The notes beneath the pieces were generated by a model. It saw nothing but the letters and a program-made list of their open reading frames with translations. It was not told the origin of the DNA and searched no databases. Positions 37,261 to 49,994 of a stretch of 64,000 nt of DNA are shown one piece after another. The stretch's first letter is position 1. The number at the start of each line of letters is the position of its first letter. The stretch comes from Centroscyllium fabricii (lineage: Eukaryota): positions 87,668,001-87,732,000 of the forward strand of contig JBNRSN020000017.1 of assembly GCA_051313645.2 (NCBI GenBank). Reading direction: 5' to 3'. A program made the position numbers and the translations under genes.

Positions 37261-37434
37261 GTAACATTATGGCCACTTGATCAGCAGATGGAAACCTGGC
37301 TGAATTTCAGCTCCCCTCGCCCCCAACCTCCCCACCTGAGTGGGAATGGGGCGTAAGGGTGATGCCGAGCTTCCGGTCGCCTGTCATTTTAATTCACCGC
37401 CCCATTCCCACTCAGACCTCACCATACTCAGCTC

Positions 37435-37700
37435 TTGCATTGTTCCACGGAAACCCAGCGTAAGCTCGAGGAACGGCACCTCATCTTCCGATTAGGCACT
37501 TTACAGCCTTATTGAGTTCAACAATTTCAGATCAGAACCTCGGCCCCTATTACATTTTTACATATATTTTATATCCACACCTTGTCCTGTGTTTTTTCAG
37601 TCCTGATGAAGGGTTTTGACCTGAAACGTTAATCCTGTTTCTCTCTCCATGGATGTTGCCGGGCCTGCTGAGTTTTTCCAGCATTCTCTGTTGTTATTTT
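37435..37700 (+). mobile_element. Penelope 3' fragment
   Basis: CSTETQRKLEERHLIFRLGTLQP, then hammerhead core CTGATGA...GAAACGTT at 37603. Confidence 0.78.
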
Positions 37701-37704
37701 GTTT

Positions 37705-37990
37705 TTTGTGATGTTGATTGAGGGATAAATATTGGCCAGGACACCAGGGAAAACTATTCAGCTCCTCTTTGAAATAGTGGCCGTGGGATCTTTTATGTCC
37801 ACCTGAGAGAGCAGACAGGGCCTTGGTTTAACATCTCATCCAGAAGACGGCCCCTCTGACACTGCAGCACTCCACTGCAGTGCAGTGTCAGCCGAGATTT
37901 TTATGCTACATGTCCCTGAAGTGGGACTTGAACCCACAATATTCTGACTTACAGAGGCAAGTGTGCTACCCACTTAGCCACAGTCGACAC
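37705..37990 (-). mobile_element. Deu-domain/SacSINE-like SINE
   Basis: Reverse complement of the 32850-34020 family. Confidence 0.65.
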
Positions 37991-39439
37991 AATACCACAC
38001 TGGGAATTATCCTCACCAGCAGAAAAGAGAATATATCAGCAGGAGTATAAAAGATCAATTATGGAAAAAGATTATTACTTCACTGAGATCAGTTTTGGCC
38101 TTTAGGAACATTTGTTTTGGCCTTTATAAATGTTTGGTCTGTGGTAGCACTCAGGGATTGTGACTGACAGGGAATGTTAATACAGGTATAATAAAACTTT
38201 ATGAATTGTTTCTAAAGCAAATCTTTACTTAGATCCAATCGGTTCCAGATTTAGGCCCTCAAATTCCACAGTAGGTCCCATCACCCCCTCACGGTCTCCT
38301 GTCGGAGTTTGGATGGGAGACTGTGCAGAGGGGAATCCCCGTGAGATTTCAGGGTCTTAGGATCCCATCTACAATTGCTTTCTTACCATGGAATTGCATG
38401 TTTACAATGCCATTGCTGCCATGCTCGTGCTTTCCTGCAGATTCAGAGAGCTGCTGCTTCTCATTCGGGCCTGTAAAGTGCCAGATTCGATACCCGCCCC
38501 GTTCAGCTAGCTGATTACCATCCGATGGTGAAGCAGGTTCCCCACTCCCGATGGTTTCACTGGTAAATAGCGGAGGGAACCAAACGCACCTTGGAGTGGG
38601 TGCAGAGCACCACGAGCCGAAAAGGCAAGCGCGTTCCTGTCAGCAGTGCGGCCCTTAGTCTCGCCACCAGGCGGATGCCGTCGCTCTGTCCCTTGGCACC
38701 ACCCTGTGCCAGCCTGCACTCCGCAGCTGTGGCGTGTAATTAACTCTGCGCAGTGTCCTGGCACGGGCCACAGACAGACACTTATCCTCCAGTATGGAGC
38801 CAAAAAACAGCCACACAGCACAGCTGCACAGTACAAACCGATCACAGTGATGCCATCTACCCACAATGGCATCTCCCCGGTGGTGTGAATGTAACATTAT
38901 GGGTGGATTTATCCGCAACAGAGCAGCATATGGGATCAGAAGAATTGGCCAGGATTCTCTCTGTAAATAACCTATTGTTTTTTTTAAATTGTTTTCAGGT
39001 GCAGAATCAAGACCCATAGTGCATGAACACATCAACGTCAAAAAGACTCGGAGACAAAGTAAATCAAGACCTACTGGTTAGCCCGATGCCAAGATTGGGT
39101 TTCAAACCTTTGTGGGACGTAGCAGGAGGGCGGAGATGCTCCTTTAGAATGAGATGTGCCTGATGGATTCTCTTTCATTTTCCCAAGCGCATGAGGCAAA
39201 CATAAGAAAGAAGTAACTTGGTGTGAAAGCTTAAAAAGACCTTGCATTCATATCGCGCTTTTCACAACCTCAGGATGTCCCAAAGCACTTTACAGCCAAT
39301 TAAGTACTTTTTTTGAAGTGCAGTCACTGTTGTAATGGAGGGAAACAGGGCAGCCAATTTGCACGCAGCAAGATCCCACAAATAGCAATGAAATAAATGA
39401 CCAGTTAATCTGCTTTAGGTGGTGGTTGAGAGATAAATA

Positions 39440-39840
39440 CAGGTTGAGCACCGTTAATCCGGCATGGTCGGGACCAGGACCGTGCCGAATTTTTGAAAAC
39501 TCCGAATGGTTAAAGGTCGGCGAGCGCATGCGCAGACCGTTCAAAATGACCGCCGTGAAATTTTGAATGGTCTGTGCATGCGCTCGCCGAGAGGCCCGGG
39601 CATGCGCAGACAAGTGCGGCGGCCATATTGCGCATGCGCAGACCAATCGGGGAGGCCCGGGCATGCGCAGCAATGCACGGCGGCCATTTTACGCATGCGC
39701 AGGGCAGTCGGGTAGAGGCCTGGGCATGCGCAGCTGAGCACGGCGGCCATTTTGCGCATGCACGCACCAGTCGGCCAGATTCGTGCCGGACGTTTGAATT
39801 TGTCGGACAAACGGTGTCCGGATTAACGGTGCTCAACCTG
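39440..39840. mobile_element. Tigger/pogo-like MITE with internal repeats of about 61 bp, inserted in a SINE (about 39238-39895)
   Basis: TIR CAGGTTGAGCACCGTTAATCCGG / CCGGATTAACGGTGCTCAACCTG; flanks TA / CA. Confidence 0.88.
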
Positions 39841-40719
39841 CATTGGCCCGGACACCAGGAGAACTCCCCTGCTCTTCTTCGAAATAGTGCCGTGAGAGCT
39901 ATACGTTGACTTCCCAAGGTGGATAAATGTTTTATTTCAACTTAAAACTCAACGGTTAAAAGCTTGGGGGCGTGGAAGATAGATTTTCAATGGAATACGT
40001 ACTTTAAAAGCTTATTTTAACACCTGTTCATAAAGCGTTACTATTTTAACAATCCATGGCAGTTGCAGTCCCTGAGTTTGCAGGGCTATTGCACGCCAAA
40101 CATTTCTAAATAACAAAATGAGTCACAGTGAAATAATTTTTGAAATATCCTTTACCTTTATACTCAGTATTATATTCTCCTTTAGTGGTTAATCTGCCAA
40201 TGGGGGATGGAGCCATACGGGCCAGGAAGGTCGCAGGCGCTATCCCTGCCCTTTGGTGATGATTTAGTCAATCCGAGTGAGGTTTGGGCCAGCAAATCTC
40301 AGCAAGGATTCCTGCTGCTGATCACCACTCAGCGACTCTTGCTGGAAAGTGCATTTGCGAGGACGTTAAGAGGGAACTTGGACAGAACCTCCCAGCCTCG
40401 GGACCTCGAGCACCGAGACCTCAAGCACCGAGAAGGACGAGAGCAACAACCTCAGGCCAAGAACTCCCTCCAAGTCACACGGCATCCTGCCATCAGCATA
40501 TACAATAATTCCTTCTTCGTCACTGGGTGAATAGCCTGGAATTCCCGACCTGATACCATCATGGAAGCGTCATTAGCACAAGGAGTACAGCAATTCAAGG
40601 AGAAGGATATAAACGGTGGCTTTTCCAGTGCTGGCCACATACTGAGAACAACAACAAAAAAACTGGGAAACAACATCAGAAAATGCAGGATAAACTCAGC
40701 GGGCCAGGCAACATCCATT

Positions 40720-41785
40720 TTTTAAAAATTTGTTGATGGGATGTGTGTGTCGCTGGCTGGCTAGGCCTGCATTTAGTGCCCATCCTTAATTGCCCTTGAG
40801 AAGATGGTGGTGAGCTCCCTTCTTGAACTGTTGCAGTCCATATGGTGTAGGTACACCCACAATGTTATGTAGCGGTTGTTTACAACTGAGTGGCTTGCTA
40901 GGCCATTTCAGAGGGCATTAAGAGTCAACCACATTGCTGTGGGTCTGGAGTCACATGTAGGCCAGACCAGGTAAGGACGGCAGATTTCCTTCCCTAAAGG
41001 CCCTGTCACACCTAGACGTTTTAGCCAGCGTATGCAAATTTGGCTAAAACGCTGAACTTTTGACCTTTTTTTTCAGTTTTGGGCGTATAATAGCGTATTC
41101 ATAACGTATTGGACGTATGCATAACGTATTAGTAACGTACACAGAGCGTATCAATAACTTACAGATAACTTATACCAACGAATGCTTAGCGTTCACAACT
41201 TATGCCCAACGATAGTCTAACGTATGCATAGCGCGCGGCAGCGTATCGCCGACGTTTTAGATAAATTTTGATAAATTGGAAAACGCTAGCTTAAATCGTC
41301 AAGGTGTGACAGGGCATGACAGGGGCAATGTAATGTGTGTTCAACGATCGCCTAACGTGCCTACAACGTATGGCCAGCGTATGCGGAACGTATAAATCGT
41401 TACATTGATACGTCGTGATTTTTTGTGCATGCACAAAAAATCACGACTTATACGATGTATACAACGTATGTCCAGCGTATGCCAACGTGCTCTTAACGTA
41501 TGCATAACGTACCCATAACGTATCCGACGTAAACCAGTGTATTAGCCAAATTTGCATACGCTGGCTAAATCGTCTAGGTGTGACAGGGCCTTAAAGGACA
41601 TTAGTGAACCAAATGGGTTTTTGCAACAATCGACAATGGTATCATGGTCGCCATTACTATGACTAACATTTAATTCCAGAAATAAATTGAATTGAATTTA
41701 AATTCCACCAGCTGCCGTGGTGGGATTTGAACCCATATCCTCAGAGCATTTGACTGAGCCTCTGGCTTACTAGTCTCGTGACATA
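40720..41785 (-). mobile_element. tRNA-derived SINE with LINE-like tail, interrupted by a MITE
   Basis: Homologous to 2611-3230. Confidence 0.7.
40998..41591. mobile_element. PIF/Harbinger-type MITE (594 bp)
   Basis: About 50-bp TIRs AGGCCCTGTCACACCTAGACG.TTTAGCCAGCGTATGCAAATTTGGCTAA; TAA TSD at 40995-40997 and 41592-41594. Confidence 0.9.
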
Positions 41786-42516
41786 TTCTCTCCACGGGTG
41801 TTGCCTGGCCTGCTGAGTTATTTTCTGTTGTTATTTCGGATTTTCAGCATCTGCAGTATTTTGCAATCGAAAATAAAAACTGGGGCTTGACTCTGCTGCC
41901 CCCAGTGGTTGAATATGCTGAAAGTATTCACTGTGTCGAATCACATGGAAAGAACAGAGGCTCAGACGAGGTACTGGAGGCCAGCTTCCACCCATGGAAA
42001 CAAATCCTAGATGGAGCAGCGGAGAAGGGGTGGGGTGATTGGGGAGAAACACTATTCTGGATTCTAAACACACAGACCAAGGGGCACATCAGACGGTTCC
42101 ATCAGCATCACTGGAGCAAAGCTCGCCAGATTTACCAATATCATCCAAACCGCAAATTCATTGGCTACATCCCCTCGTTCCAACCTTTACTAACCTTTAC
42201 AGTGAAAGAAACAAAGATTTCTATTTAATGCTGCACTTCTTCATGTCTCGCAAACATCGGTAATTACTTTGAAGTGTTGGGTTAGCAGCCATTTTAAATT
42301 TAGGAAAATGCCACAAACGCAGTGAGGTGAAGAACCAGTTAACATAGTTTTGTTGCTGATATTCATTGAGAAAGGAAAGTTGGGCAGGACCCCACGCGAA
42401 CCATTTGCTCTTTGACCAGTGTCATGGAATGTGCAATATTACTGAATTTATCAATAATTGTATTGGGGTTGGGGGGGGGGGGGGATTGGCATTTTAACTT
42501 TTGCCAATTTTGTGAA

Positions 42517-42921
42517 ACATAGAAACATAGACGATAGGAGCAGGAGTAGGCCATTCGGCCCTTCGAGCCTGCTCCGCCATTCAATGAGATCATGGCTGAT
42601 CATCCAAACCCAGTACCCTGTCCCTGCCTTGTTCCCATATCCCTCGATCCCTCTCGAGCCTGCACCAACACATATCCCACCCTATCCCCGTAACCCCACA
42701 TGTTCAATCCCCCTAACATTAAGGGTCAATTTATCCTGGCCAATCATCCTAACCTGCACATCTTTGGACTGTGGGAGGAAACCGGAGCACCCGGAGGAAA
42801 CCCACGCAGACACGATGAGAATGTGCAAACTCCACACAGATAGTCAGCCGAGGCCAGATTTTGAACCCGGGCCCCCACAGCTGTGAGGCAACAGTGCTAA
42901 CCACTATGCCACCATGCTGCC
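42517..42921 (-). mobile_element. HE1-like V-SINE
   Basis: Reverse-complement match to other copies. Confidence 0.9.
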
Positions 42922-45309
42922 AATATTGGCTCGGTCACCTGGTAAACACTTCTCCTTGATTTTGATTTCCACAGTTGACTTCAAAAGCACTTTATTGGCT
43001 GTAAAGGGCTTTGGGACATCCCGAGGTCATGAAAGGCGCGATGTATAAATGTAAGTCTCTCTTTCTTTCTATTACGATTTCCCACCCTCATGCCCCAGGA
43101 CCCTAATCTTCCATGATCTCCTTTATTTCCACTTTCCAGGGAATAAGAGAGAAACAAAGGAACACGCTGGAGGTCAGACTCAGCAGCATGTGTCGTACTT
43201 AGTGAAAGGCCTCTATTAAAATTACACAGGCTCAGGTCAGCTGCTGACTGCAAATCTCAGAGTCTGGACCCAGTGTTCACAGCCCAACTAATTGTTTTTG
43301 TGGAGCTTCCTCGAAGGAGTAGTTTCTGAAGCCACACATGTAAGTCGTTAGTATAAAACGTTCTGGTTTGTTGAAGCGATTGGCTGCATTAAAACCATCA
43401 GAAGGCCAAGACTCACAGAATCCCGAGTGAGCAATCCCATCACCTACAAGTCCTTTGGCTTCGCCAATTGCTGTGGGGGGCTGGGGGTGTGGGGGGTTGT
43501 TGTGCTGCAATTAGCCTCAGCACCAGTGGGCTGGGGGAGGAGCAGGGGGTGGGTGGGAGCCTGATTTCCAGCTCCAGATCATTCTCCAGAGACCGACCCG
43601 ACCCTCAGCTGGGCTGCTTCACACAGTTGAATAGCCGACTGACTCACGCCGTCTAGGCTCACACATGTAGAACCATGACTTGGCTGATGTATTTGGAGGA
43701 AACGCACTCCAGCACAAATCACCTCCAGCGAGAGAGCAGCAAGGGAAAGAAAACTGGCAAAAGAAAAAAACCTTGTGTACAAGTAAGATATCACGATGAG
43801 GTGCCTGTACAAACAGAAGTCTTTATTTTAAGTATTGAATCAACATAAGCTGTAGGTGGCTTAAAAGAGGCAGGAGAGAAAAATAGTGTTATTTATATAA
43901 CACTTGATTACACCTCACAGAAACATCCCAAGGCCCTCACTTTGAAGTCCGATGATTTGTTACATTGGAATGCTTGGCAACCAATTTCTGTACAATAAGA
44001 TCTGACAGAAAAACCAGAGGGGAGATGAGAAGAAATTTTTTCCACAGCAAGTTGTTATGATCTGGAAGCAGATTCAATAGTAACTTTCAAAAGGGAATTG
44101 GACAAATGCCTGTACTTGCAAAAGGAATAATGTGCAGGGCTTTGGGGAAAGAGTGGGAGAATGGGACTAATTGGATCGCTCTTTCAAAGAGCCGGCACAG
44201 GCACGATGGGCCGAATGGCCCCCTCCAGCGCTGTTGGATTCTATGAATAAGAACATAAGAAACAGGAGCAGATCTAGGCCAATTGCCCTCGAGCCTGCTC
44301 CGCCATTAAATGAGATCATGGCTGATCATCGACCTCAACTCCACTTTCCCGTCCGATCTTCATATCCCTTGATTATCCTAGAGTCCAAAAATCTATCAAT
44401 CTCAGCCTTGAATATACACAAAGACTCGGCATTCACAGCCCTCTGGAGGGAGAGAATGAGAGCTGAGAAGCCAGGAACTGCACGGGGGTTTGGATGATAA
44501 AATGGAGAGGCTTGGGAATGACCAGTTAAATTGTCTTTGGCGGTGTTGCTGGAGGGAGAACGTGTTTACCAGGGCCCCCTGCTTGTACCGTGGGGTCTTC
44601 AACATACAACTGAACAGGTGGGCGGAACCTTGGTTTTAATACATTCCATCGGTAGCGCTTTGGGCTGGCAGCCTGGAATATTTTGCCCAGGCCTTGGAGA
44701 GGGCTTGAAGGAACAATCTTCTGACTCACAGGAGGAAGTGCCACCCACTGAGCTCAAGCTGGCAGCACCGGGACATCAAATATAGACATGCACACCGGAG
44801 TAAATTGTTAATATCTGTGACTGAAAGCTCACCGTGTGCCAATCGCTTAATTAGTTCCTGTTAATTCATTTTTTTCAGGCTCTGTGGGAGGTTTCCACTG
44901 TGCAGACTTTATTGAGGGGCCGCTGCCAGATTGGGGTGTTGACGATGCAACAATTGAATTTATGAAACTGATTTAATACTGACATGGAACTCAGTGGAAA
45001 AGGGCTTTACAACAAGACGAAAGAAAGGAGGACTTGCATTTCTAGAGTGCCTTTCACAACCTCAGGACGTCCCCAAGGCGCTTTCAGCCAATTAAAGTAC
45101 TTCTGAAGTGTTGCACTGTAGGAAAAGTGGCAGCCGATTGACACATAGCAAGCTCCCACAAACAGCAATGAGATAATGATTGAGGGATAAATACTGGCCA
45201 GGACACCGGGGAGATCTCCCGTGCTCTTCTTCGAAATAATGCCATGTGATCTTTTACCTACCTGAGAGCTTTAACGTCTCATCTCTCCCTCAGTACTGCA
45301 CTGGAGTGT

Positions 45310-45538
45310 TGATGCGCGATCATTTATACTCGAGACGGAGTTGAGAATACAACTGAGGCTTTTATTCACTAAGAACCCTGGAACATCCTTAGGCTGACTG
45401 GCAACTCCTTGTAGTGGGCCAGGCTCCCAGAGTCTGGGCCTATATCAGGTAGGCTGGGGGCAGAGTCAGCTTCAGGCATGCCCAGGCATGTAAACACACA
45501 GGCAAGAGGCAACTATATACAAACAGTGGTTTACCACA
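45310..45538 (-). mobile_element. Solo LTR (229 bp), related to the Mag-like element's LTR
   Basis: Minus strand TGTGGTAA...CATCA; 5-bp TSD AGTGT; shares AGTGAATAAAAGCCT with 8163-8177. Confidence 0.85.
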
Positions 45539-45584
45539 AGTGTCAGCCTAGATTTTGCGCTCAAGTCTCTGGAGATGGACTATG

Positions 45585-45800
45585 TGTTATGTCTGCACAC
45601 TGGGTTACAGTGTTGCATTAGAGTACATGAAGTTATTGTTATGTTATGTCTGAAATCTGTGATAGGTACTCGATTGATTTTGCCTGTGATTGTGATAGGT
45701 ACTCGATTGCTTTTGTCTGTGAGATTAGTTGGACACCATTAAAAAACAACACGAGTTCAGTTTTACAAGCTGCCAGAGATTTCACCCTGCAAACGCAACA
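45585..45800 (+). mobile_element. Solo LTR (216 bp)
   Basis: TGTT...AACA; 5-bp TSD CTATG; ATTAAA near 45738. Confidence 0.8.
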
Positions 45801-46485
45801 CTATGAACCCTCAACTTTCTCACTCAGAGGTGAGAGTGCTACCCACTGAGCCACAGCTGACATTCAAGGAGTAATAATCAAGATTAACCACAGAAGTGTT
45901 GGCTCATTTATATGTAGTTGGTTCTGAAGCTACCATTCCATCAATTTTTGCCCACAACTTGCCCAACACCTCAGTGACTGAAGATCGCTGTCCAGCATGG
46001 GAACTGAGGCACACAGCCTAGGAAGATCCCAGGTTCAATCTCTGTTCTGGCCTGGTCTGGGTGAGCTGATTTCAGCCCGGGCACTGTTGGTGCTGTTGCA
46101 CTTGGCCTCAAATGTTACTGGGCCAGGGAAGGGGAAAAACAGCAGACTTGGTTACCAGTCCCAATTGCTGAGCCCTGATCCCCCCGCTGGAATGTGAACA
46201 TTTGTGGTCAGGTTTCAGCTCTGCTCCGATGGCCAAGATGCTCGACTTCCAAACCTAGGTTTTCAGATCTCGGGAAATGTAGGCCTCACTGTCCAGGCTA
46301 CTCCATTAAAAATTGCCACTTGGGCAAGACATCAGAGGGCAGTCAGGGCATGTGAAACCGTAGCCCAGCGCAGGCTAGGGTGGGCAACCCTTCAGGATTG
46401 TTCTGGAGTCTCCAGGAATTAACGATTACACTGCTGGTCACTGCTACGAGCAACCCGGGAAGAAAAAAAATCATAGGGACGTTAA

Positions 46486-47175
46486 AAAATTGGGTTGCGC
46501 ACCGCTTGGGGCACTAACATTGGTGGGGTGCTACTTTTAGCGCCCCGAAAAAGTTAGCGCCGGTCCGCTGGAAATACTGCAGGCGCCCCACCTCGTTCTT
46601 TAGGCGCTACCACTCAATTTCGGGCGACTGCTTGCCGCAGCGCCACGCTCTGCAGAGTGCCGCGCCGAGGTGCTGCAGCCCTCACTCCCCTGATTAAAGG
46701 GGAGTGGCCTAGCGCGGCACGGCCCGGAGCCCCGTTGGACTGCCAGGGATCAGAATGCCGCCAAAGGAGCCCAGCACTCGAGGGAAGTGCCGGGCTCACG
46801 GAGCACAGCCAGCACTCCGCGCAGGGACATCAGGGAAAGCCGGGGACGGCAGAGGGGGCAGGTGCTGGCAGTTGACCAGCAAGAAAAATGGCCGCCCGGC
46901 AACCCCCCCCCCCCCGCTTTAAATAGCGATTCCCCGGCTGCAAGTACTCCCCCTGACACTGTCGGTGACAGCGTCCGGCGGTACGGCAACGGGCACGACT
47001 GAAGTTCATGGCCAGGGCGCGAGCAAGGTGCTGCGCTCTGCGATGATGTCATCGCCAGCAATGCAGCGCCACGGGGCGCTACCAGTTGCTGCCGCCACCA
47101 GCACCCCGCTGAATATCGCGGGAGGCGCCAGCCCAGACACTACGTGCCTTGCGCCCCATTAGCAGCCCTCTGTTC
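46486..47175. mobile_element. GC-rich MITE family B, ends eroded
   Basis: Inverted homology to 29713-30457. Confidence 0.72.
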
Positions 47176-48742
47176 GCTTTCCAAATGGCAGCGGAGAGGC
47201 AGGGCGCCACGTGGCTGGACTTGTCAGGTGGCCAATGGCGAGAGTGTGGGGGCGGGGCAGCTGGGGGGTCATGTGATGAAACCTGCAGGAATACAGCCAA
47301 CCGGAGTTGGCAACACTAGCGCACGTCACTGTCTTCCCGAGCGAAGGAGAGAAAATTAGCAAAGGAAAAGCAATGAAAAAGAAAAAGAAAACTGAAATCT
47401 TTTTTTCTGTGACTGACTCGTCCATGTCTGATGAACGCAACCCTGACCAGCGCTTCCCCGCACTCAGACGGAGGTGGAAACAAACTGTAATTTCACAGAT
47501 TACAAGAAAGATAGCATTAGAAAGCTTATTTGGAAATCTCTCCCAAGTTAACATGTCCTATTCGTCGTCCAACTTTTGGTTCAATTTGATATTGATTTCT
47601 AGCGAAGGCCTACAGCTGACACTAAGCCTCCTCGGTACATGAAATTCAGTGGGAGCTCATCGAATCCCCTGCCAGGTTACATTATCTGTTCCTTCGCTCC
47701 TGCCAGTGCTTCTCTCAAACACTTCAGTGTTTACCCCGTCCCATTAGAGAGCCACGGAGTCTATTAGAGAAGGTCATCAATTATTCAGGCCCTGCTCTTT
47801 GCAAACTCAATATCTCTGCAAGTGCCAATGTTTCTCTCTCTCTCTATTGTTCTGACCTCGCTACTGTGGAGACGAACCAGGTTTGATCCTCTCTTGCGTT
47901 ATCTTTTATTGTGTGTTCCCAGACCCAGCCAAAAAGACGCAGCACTGAACTAGGAAGGGGATTGGGTCAGGTCAAGAGTGTTATCTTCTAACTAGAAGCG
48001 AGAGAAAAGCATGCAAAAACAAATTCCTTCCCTCTCTTCTCGTCACCCAATGCAACTGAGTTAGTAGATTTAGCTGGAATGAAATAAACTCCATGGAACA
48101 AATCCACCCAGTCAGATCCTTCCTGGGATTCATCGCATTTAGAATATTTAAGGTAAAATCCATTCCTTAAATAAAGTATACGCTACATAGCTGAACATTG
48201 AAAGTGACCCCATGACCTGTTCAATATCGTGATCTGGATGAACACATAGATCTCGGTATAACAATGGAAAATGCTGGAAAAACTCAGCAGGCCCGGCAAC
48301 ATCCGTGGAGAGAAATATAGAGTCGACGTTTTGGGTTCCGACCATTTGTTAAGACTGACCTGCTGAGTTTTTCCAACATAATTCTCGGTGATGTGCCAGG
48401 ACAATGGTGAACTCCAGCCCACAAAGGACTGTGTCAGGCACCAGGTCAATCTGCAATGCCCCGGCAAAAAGCATGACAGATTTCCTCTACATTTCCCTGA
48501 CAATGCACTTCAACCAGAACATCGGAAAGTAAGATCGTGATTTGAGCGCTTTGCTGAGTATTTCAGAGCTAATTCAATCGTTTATTTTTGTGTGGCTAGT
48601 CACTGGGGGCATTGAACTGAGATTTAATTAACAAACTCAATTTAGTTATAATGGGGCAGGTGGGGGAAGAGGGGGTTGGTGTAATGGAGAACAGGTGTTT
48701 GGGGTAAATTGCAGTGGGGGTAACTTCAACTTTGGGCAATAG

Positions 48743-49031
48743 TGTAGCGTAGCTACCCGGGCAAACCTCTGGGTCTTCCCTTTAAGCCACAATCCCCATC
48801 TCACAGTCGGCCCCGCCTACATTTTGTCATTGGGTAGCCGACATCCCTGTCCTGGTTCCTGAGTGGCCTAGGGAACCGTCCATCACTTGTCCCTGTATGC
48901 TTTGCGCTTTTGCGCTCTTTTCCAACAGTCATTTTGTAGAGCTTGCTGAATAAAGACCTGTTTTACCTGTGTTCCCGTTCACTGCGTCTCTTTACTGGAA
49001 AATTCGAGTAGGATGTTGGATAACCACTACA
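48743..49031 (+). mobile_element. Solo LTR (289 bp)
   Basis: TGTAG...CTACA; 4-bp TSD ATAG; AATAAA near 48949; the empty site is visible in the duplicated copy near 50355. Confidence 0.9.
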
Positions 49032-49195
49032 ATAGTGTAAAAAGGGCGATATTGGATTGGCTGCCAGTTACATATCGCCCTTTTCATTTCTGTTGAGTGG
49101 CACATTGGAGAGCTCTTTCAGAGAGCCAGCACAGGCACGGTGGTCCAAATAGCCTCCTTCTGTGCTGTATGATTGTATGACGCAGTAATGACGAT

Positions 49196-49994
49196 GGGGA
49201 GATTTTCCCGAAGGTGCAGGAACTTGGCGGGGATTGGTCGGGTTGGGTTTCTGTCCCGCCCGCCCAAGGGCCTGGAAACCCGACGCTATTTTTGATAAAT
49301 TGATCAATTAAATCTCCGCGTGCAGGGAGCCACTTGCAATTGCCTCACTCGAGTCGGCAATCAAGGTGTTGCAGCTGGGAGCGAGGAGTTTGCCAGACGG
49401 TTCCAGGGACTGTCTGTTGACAGTTGCAATGGAAACACTCTATTGTGACATCACTATAGAGTGCAACCAATCGCAAAGGCCAAGTGGTTTGAGCGACAGG
49501 TGGACGGTTGCGCTGGAAATCTTTGACAGTTAGGGAGCGCCTCTCAATCCATCTGTCAAGATTACTTTTTAAAGTTTTTTCTCCACAGCTGGTCTTCAGA
49601 GAAGGGAGTCACTTACACCTCCAGGGTGTTGAAGGCCTGGAAAACATTCTGCTCTAGGTCCTTCAATGCCTTGAAGGTGAACGTGACCAAAGCCACTGTG
49701 ATCCCGCTGGGTTTCACTAGCGGGGTTTCAGGATGGCAGGGTTTTGCTGGGAAAGGGTTTAAAACAGGTGAGGGCCCTTAAAATAGGATTATCCAGCCCA
49801 ATTAGGGGCCCTCAATTACCTCAACGAGCATCCCCGCCAGCGGCGAGCGGGAATGATTCGGGACAGTGGGACATGCCGCCCGAAACTTACAAGCTGGCGG
49901 CGATCCGGGGGGGCGGGAGGGACCACCCGGTTCCACAAGTTTAGGCCCCGCCCCGCCGGAAAGCCTCCCTCACAGACCCGCAAAAATCCCCCCC
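49196..49994. mobile_element. MITE family A
   Basis: GGGGAGATTTT...AAAATCCCCCCC; inverted homology to 16518-17365. Confidence 0.85.

Larger units (their letters stand above)
45030..45862 (-). mobile_element. Deu-domain/SacSINE-like SINE carrying two solo LTRs
   Basis: Aligns to 37705-37990 once the two inserts are removed. Confidence 0.7.

Noticed and set aside
44879-44980. Possible terminal exon after TTTTTTTCAG
   Set aside because: Short peptide with no recognisable homology and no supporting upstream exons
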